A DNA stretch of 57,541 bases from a virus. Lineage: Duplodnaviria; Caudoviricetes. Numbering within the stretch: the stretch's first letter is position 1; each line of letters opens with the position of its first letter. Location of the stretch: IMG/VR virus record IMGVR_UViG_3300025128_000038, positions 1-57,541 of that record. One strand, given 5' to 3'. Below, in pieces: positions 18,150-28,350 of the stretch. The notes under the pieces were generated by a model, which saw nothing but the letters and a program-made list of their open reading frames with translations, was not told where the DNA came from and made no database searches. A program made the translations under genes and the position numbers.

Positions 18150-18616
18150 TGGGAATTACATCAGCAATATGCTCAACATTTAAAAAAGAGCTCATGACTG
18201 CTACGCATAACTTTACTGCTACAAGTGGAAATACAATGAAAGTTGCTTTAATTAAAGCACAAGCTTCACAAACTGGTACATACAGCGCAGCAACTACTTC
18301 ATATACAACAATAACAGGCAACTCGGATGAGTTAGCAAATGGAAATGGATATACTACTGGGGGTAATACATTAACAAATGTTACACCAACAAATGGTACT
18401 AGTACAACCACAACTGCGCTTACTGATTTTGCAGATTCTTCATGGACAAGTGCTACGTTTACTACTAGAGGTTGTGTCATTTATAATGATTCAGCATCTG
18501 GTGATCCAGCTGTAATGGTTATTGATTTTGGTGCAGATTATTCTGTAGCAGGCGGAACATTTACAATTCAATTTCCAACTGCAGATGAGTCTAACGCAAT
18601 TTTGAGAATAACATAA
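18149..18616 (+). CDS. tail structural protein
   Basis: MGITSAICSTFKKEL, GYTTGG, DFG, GTFTIQFP motifs. Confidence 0.7.
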   Translation: MGITSAICSTFKKELMTATHNFTATSGNTMKVALIKAQASQTGTYSAATTSYTTITGNSDELANGNGYTTGGNTLTNVTPTNGTSTTTTALTDFADSSWTSATFTTRGCVIYNDSASGDPAVMVIDFGADYSVAGGTFTIQFPTADESNAILRIT

Positions 18617-18646
18617 TTAATATTTAATATTTAAAGGAAACATAAT

Positions 18647-21397
18647 ATGGCATCAACATGGTCAAATCTTGGTTTGAGATTAATGACAACAGGCGAAAAT
18701 TCAAACGCTTGGGGTGATCAAACTAATTACAACTGGAACAGAATGGAAGATGCATCCGATGGTTATGCAACTTTAGCAGTAACTGGTAATCATGCATTAG
18801 ATTTTACAGTAAATCCTACTGGATATTCTGATGAAAATGGGCGTAATAAAGTTATTGTATTTACAGGATCCGCAGGGGGCACTCGTGTTATTACATTTCC
18901 CGATATTGAAAAAACTTACTTTCTTTTAAACGATTCAGATTCTACTCTTACTTTAACATCAGGTACTGGAGCGACAACTGCTTCATTAGCTGCGGGAAAA
19001 GACATGGCTATTTATGTAGATGGTTCTGACGAAGTTCATAATGCATTAGCAAATTTAGCTGCAACAACTGTAACAACATCAGGAGCTGTGACACTTGGAG
19101 CTCAAGGCACGACTGGAATTACCCTTGGTGGTATTCCGTTTTTCTATGGTGACACAGGGTCAATTTATACACATGATGTATCTGGAACAGATAGTACAGC
19201 AACTTACAACTCAGCTTATGGTTTAACGGCTTTAGATGCAATTACAACTGGAGATAACAATACAGTAATTGGTTATGGTGCGGCTGGAGCTTCTACAACA
19301 CTTCAAGGTAATGTAGTTATTGGAACTAATGCTGTTAGTACTGGAACATTTGTTGGTAACAATAATGTAGTTATTGGTAAACTTGCTGGTAATGATTTAA
19401 CATCTGCAGATTCAAATGTAATTATTGGTGAAGATGCTGGAGCAAATCAAACAGACGCAGACAACAATATTTTAATTGGTCAAGCAGCTGGAGAAGCACT
19501 TACGACTGGTGGGGATAATATATTTATAGGAACTGCTGCTGGTGATGGTCACGACGCTGAAACTAATAATATTGGAATAGGTAAAAATGCATTAGGTGGC
19601 GCAATAGATGGCGGAGAATATAACATAGCCATTGGAAATGCTTCTTTAGATGCTTTGACTACTGGTGATAAAAATGTCTGTATTGGTTATGACGCTGGTG
19701 GTGCATTAACAACAGGAAGTGAAAACACGATAATTGGAGAGAATGCTGGTTCTAATGCTGCTATTACTGGCGATGCCAATGTTATTATTGGTAAAATTGC
19801 TGGTTATGCTTTAACTTCAGGACATAGTAATAATATAATAGGTAGACACGCTGGTAGTGCTTTAACAACAGGTACCCATAATACTCTTATAGGACATTCT
19901 GCTGGTGATAACTGGGATGCTGAATCTCACAATTTAGCAATAGGAACATCAGCTTTGTCTGGTTCAGTTAATGGAGGAGAGTATAATATAGCTATTGGTA
20001 ACTATGCTTTAGATGCTTTAACAAGTGCTGATTATTGTGTTGCTGTTGGTTATAATGCTTTATCTGCAGTTAGTTCAGGCGGAAGTAATGTAGGTATTGG
20101 CAGAGATGCTGGCTTATTAATTACAACAGGAATACATAATATAATGATAGGCGAACAAGCGGGTGACGGATACGATACTGAATCATATAATATAGGAATC
20201 GGAAGTGGTGCATTAGGCGGAGGTAGCCTTGCTGGTGGAGAATACAACGTAGCTATTGGTAGTTTTACTTTAGATGCTTTGACTTCTGCTGATAACAATG
20301 TTGCTATTGGACATAACGCTGGAACTGCCACTACTTCAGGTGGCAATAATGTTTTTATAGGTAAAAATGCTGGTACAGCACATACTACTTCTTCTCAAAA
20401 TGTGTTAATAGGTGCAGACGCTGGGGCTAGTATAACAACTGGTGGAGACAATATTATGATTGGTAGAGAAGCTGGGGATGGATATGATACTGAAAGTCAC
20501 AATGTAGGAGTCGGAACTGGTGTATTAGGAGGATCAATAGCTGGTGGAGAATATAATACAGCTTTTGGTACTTATGCTTTAACTGCTTTGACTTCTGGTG
20601 ATAGCAATAATGCACATGGTTATAATTGTGCACGTAGATTGACAACAGGTAATTTTAATAATTTCTATGGTGAGCAAGCAGGTGACCACGTAACAGGAGG
20701 AAACCATAACACTGGAATAGGTTATTCAGCTATGGGTGGAGAGGCTACTTGTACAGGAAGTGAAAACACTTCACTAGGAAACTATTCTGGTTGGGGGATT
20801 ACTACAGGTGCATCAAATACTACACTTGGTTATGATTGTGCTCATAATATAAGCACTGGTAGTAACAACATAATGATTGGTGTTGATGCTGGAGTTACAG
20901 GTAGTCCAGGTGGTAACATAACAACTGGTAGTAACAATATAGGTTTTGGAGATGAAAATATATCTTCTTGTAATATACAAACTGACTGGACAGTAGCTTC
21001 TGACCAAAGAGATAAAACAGATTTTACTGCTTTAGATGTAGGATTAGATTTTGTAAATGACCTTAAACCTTATACTTATAAATGGGATAAACGTGTTAAA
21101 TATGTATCAGATGAAGACAGAGACACTATTGATTTAGATACTATTACTCATGATGGTACACATAAAGAAGATTGGTTAGACATAGGATTTAAAGCACAAG
21201 ACGTAGAAGCTTTAGAAGATGCAGCTGGATATAAAATTGCAGAAAAAACAAATCTTACAACTTCTTTAACAGACGATGGTAAACAATATGGTATTAAATA
21301 TAGTAACTTTGTTCCTATCTTAGTAAAAGCCGTACAAGAGTTGTCGGCTACAGTTACAACTCTACAACAAGAAGTAAATACTCTAAAAGGAGAATAA
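18647..21397 (+). CDS. tail fibre/spike with beta-roll repeats and C-terminal S74 intramolecular chaperone
   Basis: GEN..WG..TN N-terminal anchor; many 14-aa NxxIGxxA repeats; SDQRDK cleavage motif, GFKAQDVE, terminal coiled coil. Confidence 0.88.
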   Translation: MASTWSNLGLRLMTTGENSNAWGDQTNYNWNRMEDASDGYATLAVTGNHALDFTVNPTGYSDENGRNKVIVFTGSAGGTRVITFPDIEKTYFLLNDSDSTLTLTSGTGATTASLAAGKDMAIYVDGSDEVHNALANLAATTVTTSGAVTLGAQGTTGITLGGIPFFYGDTGSIYTHDVSGTDSTATYNSAYGLTALDAITTGDNNTVIGYGAAGASTTLQGNVVIGTNAVSTGTFVGNNNVVIGKLAGNDLTSADSNVIIGEDAGANQTDADNNILIGQAAGEALTTGGDNIFIGTAAGDGHDAETNNIGIGKNALGGAIDGGEYNIAIGNASLDALTTGDKNVCIGYDAGGALTTGSENTIIGENAGSNAAITGDANVIIGKIAGYALTSGHSNNIIGRHAGSALTTGTHNTLIGHSAGDNWDAESHNLAIGTSALSGSVNGGEYNIAIGNYALDALTSADYCVAVGYNALSAVSSGGSNVGIGRDAGLLITTGIHNIMIGEQAGDGYDTESYNIGIGSGALGGGSLAGGEYNVAIGSFTLDALTSADNNVAIGHNAGTATTSGGNNVFIGKNAGTAHTTSSQNVLIGADAGASITTGGDNIMIGREAGDGYDTESHNVGVGTGVLGGSIAGGEYNTAFGTYALTALTSGDSNNAHGYNCARRLTTGNFNNFYGEQAGDHVTGGNHNTGIGYSAMGGEATCTGSENTSLGNYSGWGITTGASNTTLGYDCAHNISTGSNNIMIGVDAGVTGSPGGNITTGSNNIGFGDENISSCNIQTDWTVASDQRDKTDFTALDVGLDFVNDLKPYTYKWDKRVKYVSDEDRDTIDLDTITHDGTHKEDWLDIGFKAQDVEALEDAAGYKIAEKTNLTTSLTDDGKQYGIKYSNFVPILVKAVQELSATVTTLQQEVNTLKGE

Positions 21398-21398
21398 T

Positions 21399-21707
21399 AT
21401 GGCACACGCAGACGACGCAACAAAAACATGGGTATCAGCTATACCAAGAAATAATGCTGATGGTAATGTAATTGAATGGACAGTGAAATACAAATACACT
21501 TTAAATTCATTTGAACACACATTTAATAAAATTGAAAAGATTGAAACACCATCAAAAGCACCTGGTAGCTATACTAAAGCTGAACTATTAACTCTAATGG
21601 ATAAAGACCATTGGGATGATATGTTCAACAAAAAGTATACTGTCTCTGTAGCTACACCAGTAGTTGAAACTGTTGACAATTCATTTGATGTTAACTCATT
21701 AAGTTAA
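21399..21707 (+). CDS. tail-fibre-associated protein
   Basis: AAGGAG RBS; directly after the fibre gene. Confidence 0.6.
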   Translation: MAHADDATKTWVSAIPRNNADGNVIEWTVKYKYTLNSFEHTFNKIEKIETPSKAPGSYTKAELLTLMDKDHWDDMFNKKYTVSVATPVVETVDNSFDVNSLS

Positions 21708-21724
21708 ACTAAATAGGAGCGAAT

Positions 21725-23710
21725 ATGGGCTCGTTAGTAAAGCTTACACCAACTGCAGGAATTGTTAGTGATATTACAGATTACCAAGCTCAACTTCGTT
21801 ACACGGATGCTGATCTTGTTCGCTTTCGTGCGGGCGCTCCAGAAAAAATAGGCGGTTGGGAAAAAAATGTTTCTCCTTTAGTTCAATATGATTATGTAGC
21901 TGATACAGAAACTACAACATCTACTACTACAGTACCTGGCATTTGTCGACAAATATTCCAACACAAAGATCTTCAAGGAAATAGATATTTATTTTATTTT
22001 ACAACCACTCACGTTTACACAGAGTTGGGTGGCTATAAATACGATATAACACCATTTAGAACAGATCCTGTAACATTGACAAACGGGATAACAACTGGAT
22101 CATCGGGCACATCTACTGTAATTATAACAGATGCAGGCAATGCCATAGCGCAAACTGATCCACAATCAAGAATATTAATTACTTCACTATCTGGAACTAA
22201 CAATGAACAAGTTGTTCTTGATGGCATCACATTAACTGTTGGCGAATATCTTTGTAAATATATAAGCTCATCTACATATTCATTAACTGCTGTATCTGGA
22301 ACAGGGGCATCTATTTCAGGAACTGCATCTACTGGTTCACAAACAGGTGGCGGTGCAATGACTATTAGATATATTGTAAGTAATGGGGCAGTAGATGGTT
22401 CAACTGCTTTTGGTTGGGGTTCTGGTTTATGGGGACAATCTACTTGGGGTACAGCAAGAACATCTGGTATAGCAGGAACTCAAATATCTCCTAGAGTATG
22501 GAGTGTGGATTCTTGGGGTGAAGATATTATTTGTGCTCCTGCAGAAGGAACTGACACAGCTTATTATATTGACACTAGCGCATTTGAAGATAACAAGACA
22601 ACTTATCGTGGGACGACTTTAAAATATTTTATTGATAACACTCTAAGTGGAGATGGTTCTCAAGTTCCTGTTGTTTGTGGAAAACTTATGGTATCAACAC
22701 CTGACAGACACTTAACATTCTTTGGGTCTAATGCAGTAGGTACTACTTCTTTTGATCCTTTATTAGTTAGATTTTCTAATCAAGAAGATTTAGCAACTTG
22801 GTTACCAGCAATTGAAAATACGGCAGGTGATCAACGTTTAGGTACTGGAACAAAAATACAAGCAGTTAGTAAAGGCAGAGGACAAATGATGATCTTTACA
22901 GATGTAGATGTTTATTCAATGCAATTTGTTGGGCCTCCTTTTACATTTACATTTCAACAAACATCTGATACAGCTGGTGCAATTTCTGAAAATTGTGTAG
23001 CTATGGTAGAAGGTGCCGCTTATTGGATGACCAACAATGCTTTCTATGCTTTTGACGGAACAGTCCAAACATTAGAATGTACAGTAATGGATAAAGTATT
23101 TAATGATTTAGATAAAAACCAAATAGAAAAAGTTATAGCTGCTACTAACTCAAAGTTCAATGAAATTTGGTGGTTCTATCCTTCAAACACTTCTTCAAGT
23201 TCTACATCAGAGATTGATAAATATGTTATATATAATTATCTAGAAAGAACTTGGTCAATTGGTTCTTCTTTAAAAAGAACAGGATGGTCAGATTATAATA
23301 TATTTAATAAACCAATTGCCGCTGGCGTTAACACTACTACAGATACTATATCTGATATCTTTGAACAAGAAACTGGTTACAATGCTGAATCATCTGCAAT
23401 GACTGCTTACGTTGAAACAGGATTTTTTAATGGAGATGAAACAGGACAAAATTTATATTTTATGGATAAAATTATACCTGATACAACTTTTGCTTCAGGT
23501 GATACAATTAAATTTCAAATGAAAAGTAAAAGATATCCTAATGGAACAGAAACAACTAAAGGCCCTTACTCTTTAACATCAAGTACTAACAAATTAAATC
23601 TACGTGCAAGAGGTAGATCTTTTCAAGTTAAATATTATAGTGACGCAGTAGATACTCAATGGCGTTTAGGAACATGGCGTGCTAGTGGCCAACCAGATGG
23701 AACAAGATAA
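21725..23710 (+). CDS. tail nozzle / DNA stabilisation protein (P22 gp10-like)
   Basis: VRFRAGAPEKIGGW, VRFSNQED, EIWWFYPS, YVIYNY, RARGR motifs. Confidence 0.75.
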   Translation: MGSLVKLTPTAGIVSDITDYQAQLRYTDADLVRFRAGAPEKIGGWEKNVSPLVQYDYVADTETTTSTTTVPGICRQIFQHKDLQGNRYLFYFTTTHVYTELGGYKYDITPFRTDPVTLTNGITTGSSGTSTVIITDAGNAIAQTDPQSRILITSLSGTNNEQVVLDGITLTVGEYLCKYISSSTYSLTAVSGTGASISGTASTGSQTGGGAMTIRYIVSNGAVDGSTAFGWGSGLWGQSTWGTARTSGIAGTQISPRVWSVDSWGEDIICAPAEGTDTAYYIDTSAFEDNKTTYRGTTLKYFIDNTLSGDGSQVPVVCGKLMVSTPDRHLTFFGSNAVGTTSFDPLLVRFSNQEDLATWLPAIENTAGDQRLGTGTKIQAVSKGRGQMMIFTDVDVYSMQFVGPPFTFTFQQTSDTAGAISENCVAMVEGAAYWMTNNAFYAFDGTVQTLECTVMDKVFNDLDKNQIEKVIAATNSKFNEIWWFYPSNTSSSSTSEIDKYVIYNYLERTWSIGSSLKRTGWSDYNIFNKPIAAGVNTTTDTISDIFEQETGYNAESSAMTAYVETGFFNGDETGQNLYFMDKIIPDTTFASGDTIKFQMKSKRYPNGTETTKGPYSLTSSTNKLNLRARGRSFQVKYYSDAVDTQWRLGTWRASGQPDGTR

Positions 23711-23898
23711 TGAGTTTATATAAAAGAATAATATATCCAGCACTATCATATGGTGAAAGACAATTAGGATTAGTAAATACAAAAACATATAACAACTTAC
23801 TTATATCTTTAATGTTGAGAGATCAATCTATAGGTAAAGTTCCAACACGTATAGCGAGTGAAGATGAGCAACGTTCAATGAATTGGTTTATGGGATAA
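23710..23898 (+). CDS. hypothetical tail-region protein
   Basis: TAATG-coupled on both sides. Confidence 0.6.
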   Translation: MSLYKRIIYPALSYGERQLGLVNTKTYNNLLISLMLRDQSIGKVPTRIASEDEQRSMNWFMG

Positions 23899-24248
23899 TG
23901 TCGGTAAAATACACAAACGCAAAAGTAGATTTAACTACTACAAATTTAACAACTTTGTATCAGCCAGCTTCTTCACCATCAACTACAGGTGTTGTAAAAT
24001 CTTTAATTATATCTGAAGATGCAGGAGCTACTCCTACTATTACTATTACCATTGTAGATACAGCTGATACGCCAGCAACATTTAATCTATTTAAAACAAA
24101 AGCTCTTACAGCAAACGGCACAACAGAGTTATTATCTCAACCCTTAGTTCTCACAGCGGGTGAATTACTTAAAGTACAAGCATCCGCCACTAATCAGATT
24201 CATGTGGTAGCAAGTATAATGGAGGTCGTAGATGACATTATTAACTAA
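23898..24248 (+). CDS. tail-region structural protein
   Basis: ATG 23898 coupled; PLVLTAGELLKV motif. Confidence 0.65.
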   Translation: MSVKYTNAKVDLTTTNLTTLYQPASSPSTTGVVKSLIISEDAGATPTITITIVDTADTPATFNLFKTKALTANGTTELLSQPLVLTAGELLKVQASATNQIHVVASIMEVVDDIIN

Positions 24249-24260
24249 TCATGTGCCCCC

Positions 24261-24289
24261 TTGCATAAGGGCAGTAATTAAGGTATAAT
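24261..24289 (+). promoter_or_regulatory. sigma70 promoter for ejection genes, probably leaderless
   Basis: TTGCAT-17bp-TATAAT; ATG 5 nt later; TGCCCCC abuts the -35. Confidence 0.7.
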
Positions 24290-24294
24290 ATATC

Positions 24295-25950
24295 ATGGCT
24301 GTATCTCCGAATAATCAAATGAATGTAGCAGGCCCAATCAGGGAAAATGACATAGTATTACGTGCATCTGAAATAGGTGAAACTATTCCAGGTATCGCAT
24401 CTCTTGCTATGAAACAGGCTAGAAAAGGGGCACAGCGAGGTATTCAAGGTATGTATCAAATACCTGAAAGAGAAGCACCTACTCCAGAATATATGAATAT
24501 ATCTCAACAAAATTTAAATAATCAGAATCGTACAATGGTTAATGACTTAAATGCAATAGCTCCTATGGGAGAACGTTTAGCATATATCAATGATGATGAG
24601 GCAAGTATTTTAAGATTACTTGGAGGTTCTGGTGAAATGACTCCTGCGGGAATCCCTTCTTTTCAACCACAAGGCAATCCTATGGGTGCAGGAACGGATG
24701 GTTCTTCTAGTTCTAATGGAGGTGGTGGAAACAATGATGGAGATGATTCGAATGGAGATGATCCGAATAGAGGATTTTTAGGTAATACGCCAGGATTGGG
24801 ATTTGATCCCTCAGTGGGCAGTATTGGAACAGATCCAGACGGAGTAGAAGGAGGTTTCCAAGGCCCAGATGCAGAAACTCTGGAAGCTGATGCTCAAGTT
24901 ACCTATTCAGGTGGTTTGGTAACAGGTGGAGGTGGTCTAGTCGCAGCAGGTGGAGCATTATCTGCTCATAGAGACAAGATGGCCTTAGAAGCAGCTCAAG
25001 AAGATGCCATTAGATCTATGATTCAAGCAGAAGAAGCGAAAGAAGTTAATCCAACAGCATCATCAGTTGCAGCATTTTCACAAAATATGCAAGATCGTCT
25101 AGGTACTTTAAAAGATAAAGCGGAGGATAATGATATATCAGTAGCTGAATTAGACGAGATGGGGCAATTGAATTCTTTCTTTGGAGAAAGTCCAGCTACA
25201 GGTATGGGGATTATGCAAAATTTAACTTATAATTTTACAAGCACAGATTTCAAATCTGATCTTGCAGATTTAGGCAACATTTTAGGTACAGTTATGGGTA
25301 TTGCTGGATTGATATATGGAGGCCCTTTGGCTAAGCTTTCCTCTGCTATGAAATTATCTAAAAAATTTAGCAAACCTAAACCAATGTCTATATCAGATTT
25401 ACCAGACGTTGGTGAAGATGCTGCAGAAGGAGAAGGAGAGGACGAATCATCTATGCCTGGTGTAGTTTCAGCAATAGGGAGTGCTTTAGCAGGTTTAAGA
25501 TCTTATGGTCAAATTTCAAGTGGCCATCCTGTGGGTATAGTATCAGGTGTGCTTGGGCTTAATCAAATAGCACAAGATGTGAGTGAAGGAGAATATGGTT
25601 ATAATATTGGTGAAGCAATATCTCCAAGTGCAATTGCAGGATATTTAGGCATAGGTGATGATCCAACTTCAGAATCTGCTGCTACCATGTATTCTGGTTT
25701 ACCAAGTAATTACTCAGGACTAGGCGTGGCCAATCAAGGTAGAGGTAGAGAGCGAGACAGTCGGATTATTCCAGAGGAATTAATAGACGCAATAGAAGAA
25801 GAAGAAGATGCTGCAGAAGTTGATAGATTTGAAAGAAGAGCATTTGCGAATAGATATTATACTGGGCCAGTAACATTAGGAGAAATAAGAAAATATGCTA
25901 CACAAGGAGGATACTCACAACTTTCTCCTTATGGAGTGGCAAACGCATAA
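24295..25950 (+). CDS. internal virion (ejection) protein
   Basis: LAYINDDEASILRLLGGSG..TPAGIPSF motif; G/D-rich low complexity. Confidence 0.65.
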   Translation: MAVSPNNQMNVAGPIRENDIVLRASEIGETIPGIASLAMKQARKGAQRGIQGMYQIPEREAPTPEYMNISQQNLNNQNRTMVNDLNAIAPMGERLAYINDDEASILRLLGGSGEMTPAGIPSFQPQGNPMGAGTDGSSSSNGGGGNNDGDDSNGDDPNRGFLGNTPGLGFDPSVGSIGTDPDGVEGGFQGPDAETLEADAQVTYSGGLVTGGGGLVAAGGALSAHRDKMALEAAQEDAIRSMIQAEEAKEVNPTASSVAAFSQNMQDRLGTLKDKAEDNDISVAELDEMGQLNSFFGESPATGMGIMQNLTYNFTSTDFKSDLADLGNILGTVMGIAGLIYGGPLAKLSSAMKLSKKFSKPKPMSISDLPDVGEDAAEGEGEDESSMPGVVSAIGSALAGLRSYGQISSGHPVGIVSGVLGLNQIAQDVSEGEYGYNIGEAISPSAIAGYLGIGDDPTSESAATMYSGLPSNYSGLGVANQGRGRERDSRIIPEELIDAIEEEEDAAEVDRFERRAFANRYYTGPVTLGEIRKYATQGGYSQLSPYGVANA

Positions 25951-25960
25951 AGGATAAATT

Positions 25961-27235
25961 ATGGCAACATTATACGATTATTTAGTATCACAAGCAGGCG
26001 CAGGTCAATATGGTTCTATAGGACAAACACAAACCGCTGAGTCTCCATTACCAGAATATATAAGAGATGCATCAGCTAGAGCAATTGAAGCAGCTAAAGC
26101 AGTTGCTGCTGAACCATACATAGCTTATGGCGGCCCAAGAGTTTCAGGATTAAATGCAGAACAACAACGAGCAATTCAACAACAATATGGTATGGCTGGT
26201 GAAGGTGTTGCAGGAGCTGATATAGGTATTGGAACATTAGGAACATCTAGAGGTTTAGGAGATACAGCAACTGGTTACATTGCAGGAGGAGCAGGCACAG
26301 CAGCGGGGGCACTGGGAACTTTAGGTACATCATTTGATGCTGCCGATCAAGCACGTGCAATGGCTGCGGCTGGTTTCGGATCAACTGCTGGTACTCAAGG
26401 AATGGCAGGAGGAGCTTACGGTTTAGCAGGACTTGGAGCACAAGGAGTTACTGGCGCAGATATTCAAGGATTTATGAATCCTTATACTCAACAAGTTACA
26501 GATGTTGCAGCACGTAAATTTTTAGAGCAAGGTCAAACAGAAAGACAACAGTTAGCAAGTCAAGCAGCAATGGCTGGTGGCTTCGGTGGAAGTAGAGCTG
26601 CTGTTTTACAAGGCATGCAAATGGCTAAAGAACAAGAAGGTATCGGAGATTTATATACTAAAGGATTATCTACTGCTTACGAGTCTGCATTAGCTGCAGC
26701 ACAAGAAGGACGTAAGCGTCAAATAACAGGAGCACAAGCACAAACTCAAGCAGGTCAATTAGCCAATCAAGCAACTCTTGCACAACTACAAGCAGCAGGA
26801 CAAACTACTCAAGCTGGACAATTAGCAAGAGGGGCAACTGGTGAAATGAGACAACTTGGTGCATTACAAAATCAATTAGCTGGACAACAACTTAAAGCTG
26901 CAGGAGAAAGACGTGCTCTTGGAATGGATCAAATTAAAGCAGCAGAAGCTAGACAAAGAATTGGAACAACTGATGTTGCAGGTCAATTAGGCGTGGCAGG
27001 ATTACAACAGGCACTAGATCAAAAATCTATGGATGTAGCTTATGCTGATTTCTTAAGAGAGCAACAATATCCTAAAACTCAATTAGATTGGTTAACAGGA
27101 GTAGTTAAAGGATATCCTGTGATTGCGCCTGGTCAAGCACCAGAACGATATGATGATCCAAGTACATTTGATAAAATAATGGGGGTTGGTATGCAAATTG
27201 GCGACTGGTATGGTCAATCTCAGGATTGGTGGTAA
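25961..27235 (+). CDS. DNA ejection/transfer protein
   Basis: A/G/Q-rich; FMNPYTQQV, GGFGGSR, QQYP motifs. Confidence 0.7.
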   Translation: MATLYDYLVSQAGAGQYGSIGQTQTAESPLPEYIRDASARAIEAAKAVAAEPYIAYGGPRVSGLNAEQQRAIQQQYGMAGEGVAGADIGIGTLGTSRGLGDTATGYIAGGAGTAAGALGTLGTSFDAADQARAMAAAGFGSTAGTQGMAGGAYGLAGLGAQGVTGADIQGFMNPYTQQVTDVAARKFLEQGQTERQQLASQAAMAGGFGGSRAAVLQGMQMAKEQEGIGDLYTKGLSTAYESALAAAQEGRKRQITGAQAQTQAGQLANQATLAQLQAAGQTTQAGQLARGATGEMRQLGALQNQLAGQQLKAAGERRALGMDQIKAAEARQRIGTTDVAGQLGVAGLQQALDQKSMDVAYADFLREQQYPKTQLDWLTGVVKGYPVIAPGQAPERYDDPSTFDKIMGVGMQIGDWYGQSQDWW

Positions 27236-27238
27236 GAT

Positions 27239-28300
27239 ATGGCTTTAGATAAAGATTATATGGAAGATTTAGAAGATACTGTTAAAGAGAAAGATACTTG
27301 GGAGGAATATTTTGGAGGTGGCCGAATTCCAGAAAAGTTAATTTTTAATGAAGAACTATTGAAAAAATATGCAGATCCTAACTACGAACCAAAATCTATA
27401 TTAGAACAATATGCAGATCCTAACTACAAACCTGTAAATATTTTAGAGCAAGCTGTCCAACAAAAAATGCCAGGACAAGAATTAATGTTAGGGAATCTTG
27501 AATTACAAAATATAGAATCTGGTAAAAAATTAGAAGTAGGCCAAAACCTACTAAAGGCTATTTCTGATCAGAAAAAGAAAAAACAAGAAGAAGAAGATGC
27601 AATGATGAAAAACGTTCCAGCAAAGAAACCATTTGTACCAAAAGAAAAATTCTTAGAAAGAATATTTGATAAGAGAACTAAGCCTGGTGAAGAATTATCT
27701 AACAGAGAAAAGACTCGTTTATATTTAAAAGAAATAAGTAAGAACTTATTAGAGCGTCGCAAGATTGGTGGCAAAGAAGGTACTGATACTTTCTCTAGAA
27801 TATTTGGTGGAGTTCTGGAAGGTGAAGAAGCTGTAACTGCTAAAGAAGAAGACATAGTTGCAAAACGACAAGACGCAGTTGATAAATGGTATAAAGAACG
27901 AAAAGAATCAGCAGATATTAATAAAGTAATAGCAGAGACTGTAAAGATACAAGCGGAAGCATTGAAACAAGACTTCCCAGAAGAATGGCAAATGGCCTCA
28001 CTTGAAGCTGCAGCTTATGGTTTGAAACCAAACACTCAAGCATACAATGATTACATTGTTAAAGTTTTACAACAACAAAGAGTAATTGGAAACCTTGGTG
28101 AGATAGGAACTTTCTACACAAAAATAGCTGATTTAAAACAACAACTATTAACTACAACAGATGCAAATGAAATAGCAAAAATTAATAAACAAATTGCTGA
28201 ATTAGAAAATTACGCAGGAATAACATCCTCTCTTGAAACTGAAGACAACCAATCAACACAATCACAAGCTGAGTTGATGGAAGGCAAAGAAAAAGAATAA
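27239..28300 (+). CDS. putative internal virion protein
   Basis: Helical and charged; lies between ejection genes; internal 14-aa duplication. Confidence 0.6.
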   Translation: MALDKDYMEDLEDTVKEKDTWEEYFGGGRIPEKLIFNEELLKKYADPNYEPKSILEQYADPNYKPVNILEQAVQQKMPGQELMLGNLELQNIESGKKLEVGQNLLKAISDQKKKKQEEEDAMMKNVPAKKPFVPKEKFLERIFDKRTKPGEELSNREKTRLYLKEISKNLLERRKIGGKEGTDTFSRIFGGVLEGEEAVTAKEEDIVAKRQDAVDKWYKERKESADINKVIAETVKIQAEALKQDFPEEWQMASLEAAAYGLKPNTQAYNDYIVKVLQQQRVIGNLGEIGTFYTKIADLKQQLLTTTDANEIAKINKQIAELENYAGITSSLETEDNQSTQSQAELMEGKEKE

Positions 28301-28350
28301 CAAATAACCTAAGAGAGTCCGCTCTCTGAATACTATACGTAAGGAAACAA

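Noticed and set aside
18647-21397. Diversity-generating retroelement target in the tail fibre
   Set aside because: No reverse transcriptase seen and no TR/VR pair differing at adenines; the repeats are protein-level
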